A stretch of DNA of 64,000 bases from the human T2T-CHM13v2.0 reference genome, Homo sapiens. The notes under the pieces are model-generated. The model was not told where the DNA came from. It did not search any database and saw only the letters and a list, made by a program, of their open reading frames with translations. The stretch is taken from NCBI RefSeq assembly GCF_009914755.1, contig NC_060937.1; one strand, given 5' to 3'. Of the stretch, positions 56,549 to 64,000 are shown piece after piece (positions within the stretch are counted from its first letter, which is position 1; each line of letters opens with the position of its first letter). The position numbers were made by a program, and so were the translations under genes.

Positions 56549-57392
56549 AGTTTTCTTTTCTGTTGCATTGCAGAGTTAGGGCCAATTTCATTCATCCTGC
56601 ACTGATATTTGCCTTCCCAGCAGATGATGGGTGAGCTCAGCACACCTGCATCTCAGCCAAGCCTTTAGAGGGGAGCACAGCTCTTTATTGTGTCAGCGCC
56701 ACACAGCCACCCTGAGCAAATAGGTTTGGAATGTACATTGCCATCCTTCCTAAAAAGGTTCATAGTAAAAAGAGAAGGAGATTTACCTTTTGACATGCAC
56801 GCTCATGAAAACCAAGGTTTTCAGAAAGCCAAACCTCAAAAACAATACAAAGAAGCTCCCTTGACGTTTGAATGGAAAGAAATTTTAGGAGGCAACACTG
56901 AGGGGCAAGGAGGGCTGAGAAGAGAAGGTGGCAATGGCAACTGCAAGGGTTCTTCCAAATCCGATTGTCCTGACAGGTTTTGTTTTATTTTGTTGTTGTG
57001 TTGTCGATGCTGGGTGGGAATGGATTGGAAAAATTGTCCCCTCCTGTGTTTCTTTTCGTCTTTTAACTTTACAAGTGCTCCTCATTTTCTTTTACTTACA
57101 ATTTGAAGTTGGCACTGGTGTTTCTGGGCCAACCAGCATCTTGAGGACTCAACTCTCTGGCTGCAGGTGCTGTGGGGAAGGGGCAGACTTAAATTTTCTT
57201 CTGTAAAATGGGGACGGGGGGGATTAAATAAAATGCTTTATGGGAAGTTCTGGCACAGAGTGACGCACGAAGAAATTTGAGCTTCCTTCTCCTCACAGGT
57301 GAACTGTTGCTGCTCCACCTTTATTACATCTTTTCAAATCCACGCCACATTGGGGAACACAAACTGACCTTATGTAGCCCTGGTTACTCCAG

Positions 57393-62189
<4,797 letters not shown>

Positions 62190-63589
62190 TTAACCTTTTC
62201 TAGTTTGTCACCACATTCGTGGACAGCTAGTCCTGGGGCACTGGGGTGCATATGATTAGTGGCATGGCTGAAGCTAATGCATTCACAAATCCTGATCCGC
62301 AGGTGCATGGGTGTCCCTTGTTAATGCGCCTAGTCTGACCCAGGGCAGTGCTGCACAGCTCATTGGCTTTACAGTCAGACAAACCTCCAATCCTGTGTCT
62401 GGCTCTCACCAGCTTGTGTCCTAATGAATCAATAATTCTACCCACCTGACGCTCACTTTCCTGTAATTTACTGCAGTGAGTTCCTAGGCATATGGCATGT
62501 AAATGGTCAGTAGATCACCTTAGAAGGATTTCAGACTCTGGGTCTCAGTCCATCTGTGAAAATTAGGATGGTAGGAACCTCTCTGAGATACACCTTTAAA
62601 ATTAGTTATGTGTGTCACATTCACAGCTCCTAGTTTTGAAGACCAGCAACAGAACAATACTTTCAAGTCTTCATATAACCTTTATTAATTTAGGACAGGC
62701 TTCATATTTTCAACAAGAGAATTCAAAGTTCATTTTCCTTTTTTCCCTCAGCAACTAAAGTTCTGAGTTTCATAATCTGTTTCTTATTGATACATAATAT
62801 TTTACATATTTACAGGGTACATTTGAGTTACAATCTATTTTAAATGATACATTATGTAAAGTCACTGTGTTCTTAAATAAATACACATAGTGAATGATCC
62901 TGCATGTATCCCCACAAGTACAGCTTGAACAAGTCCATCTTCCAGGGGCCAAGCACCACCTCAGGCATCTGTAGCATGAGCAAAACCCAAGGTCCCCTCT
63001 GGAGACCCTGTTTACCCTGCAGGCAGGACAACAGGAGCTGGAAGGAGCAGGCTGATCCAATCCCTTTCTTGTGGTTTTCTTGGTTGGGGAGAGAGAGTTG
63101 AGTTTTGCCAAAATACATGTGTTCTGTAGAAGAAACAGGAAATGGAGATACACAAAGAGATATGACAATACAAATCACCAGTTGGGCCACCCAGATCCTG
63201 GTTTCCATATACCGTTCCATGCATTGTTCCTGAGCATGTAAGCATGCCCACACTTGAAGGAGGCACTCTCAAGTCCATCGGGGCCTGGGACACCCCACTG
63301 TTTTTGAAGTCCTGGAATGTTTTTGTAAAGGTAAGGAAATACCAAAACGAGACTACAAAAATGATGGTATCTACTGATATGTATTGACAAATGTGTAATA
63401 AAGATGTGTACGTGTGGGTGTACCTCATCTAGGGGTGACACCTTCAAGTTTAATTTTGAAGCTTGGGCCAGTGGTGCTTCCTTTCCCACGACCACCATGA
63501 TAGATCCTCTATGAGATGTTATCACAGAACCCATGTTTCTCAGTGGCAGTAGAATACGACATCTCTGTCAACAAATATAATTCTACATT

Positions 63590-63810
63590 ACTTTAATTGC
63601 TTGCATGGAAATCCGTTGTATGTAAGTGCCATGGTACATTTAATAGATCTTGTCCTGGGACATCTACTTCTGGTTTCTTTGATAGACTAGCACTCTTGTG
63701 AATATCATTGTACTTGCTTCTTTGCATGTTTTCTTCCTTCCTTAGGATGAATTCTGAGAGATGTAATTGATGGGGCAAAATGTACTCACACATTTTTAAG
63801 GGTTGTAAAC
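63590..63810 (-). mobile_element. Old L1M fragment
   Basis: aattgcttgcatggaaatccgttgtatg...ccttaggatgaattctgagagatgtaattgatgggg. Confidence 0.5.
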
Positions 63811-64000
63811 TTTTCGGTCAAAAGCTGGTACTCTTGGTTGTTTGAAAAGGAAAGCAAGTCCTCCCATTCCAGGGTTGGATTTTGACTCTTTTCCTGTAAA
63901 CTTCACTGCTTTTTGGTTTAATTGTCATAAAATGCCAAGCACCACCAACAGGGCTATGGGAAGGGGCCCAGAGGCAGGAGGGCTGTGGTTAGGCATGGCT

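Noticed and set aside
57400-57427. A24 tract as the L1PA7 target-site duplication or a transduction
   Set aside because: Compatible with a TTTT/AAAA target, but it cannot be separated from the 3' poly(A), so no TSD can be assigned.
63130-63336. + strand 201-nt exon ending AAG|GTAAGG
   Set aside because: All three frames contain stop codons and the acceptor is weak.

Overview
This is repeat-rich primate (very likely human) intronic or intergenic DNA, and I recognise no protein-coding host gene in it. Two L1PA retrotransposons in opposite orientation bracket the window: the 5' ~3 kb of an L1PA4/5-like copy on the minus strand (1-3058) and an L1PA7-like copy on the plus strand (~57428-62189) that has lost ~1.7 kb spanning late ORF1 and the ORF2 endonuclease. 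Between them are about 18 Alu/FLAM copies, a 7SL pseudogene, solo LTRs (MER39-, LTR33-, THE1B-, MSTB- and MLT1-like), Tigger3/4, MER5 and MADE1 DNA-transposon relics, older L1M 3' ends and many L2/MIR fragments. The only ORFs in the track I recognise are broken L1 ORF1/ORF2 pieces; the rest look like repeat-derived or chance frames. I find no support for a new biological system. The most unusual signal is a set of locally templated copies and fold-back insertions (13060<-15242 inverted, 18956~19741, 32665~34903, hairpin insertions at 36977, 61860 and 62041, and a 51-bp triplication inside an Alu) that resemble DNA-repair or template-switch scars. Repeat subfamily names were assigned from memory of consensus sequences, and boundaries of old repeats are approximate.
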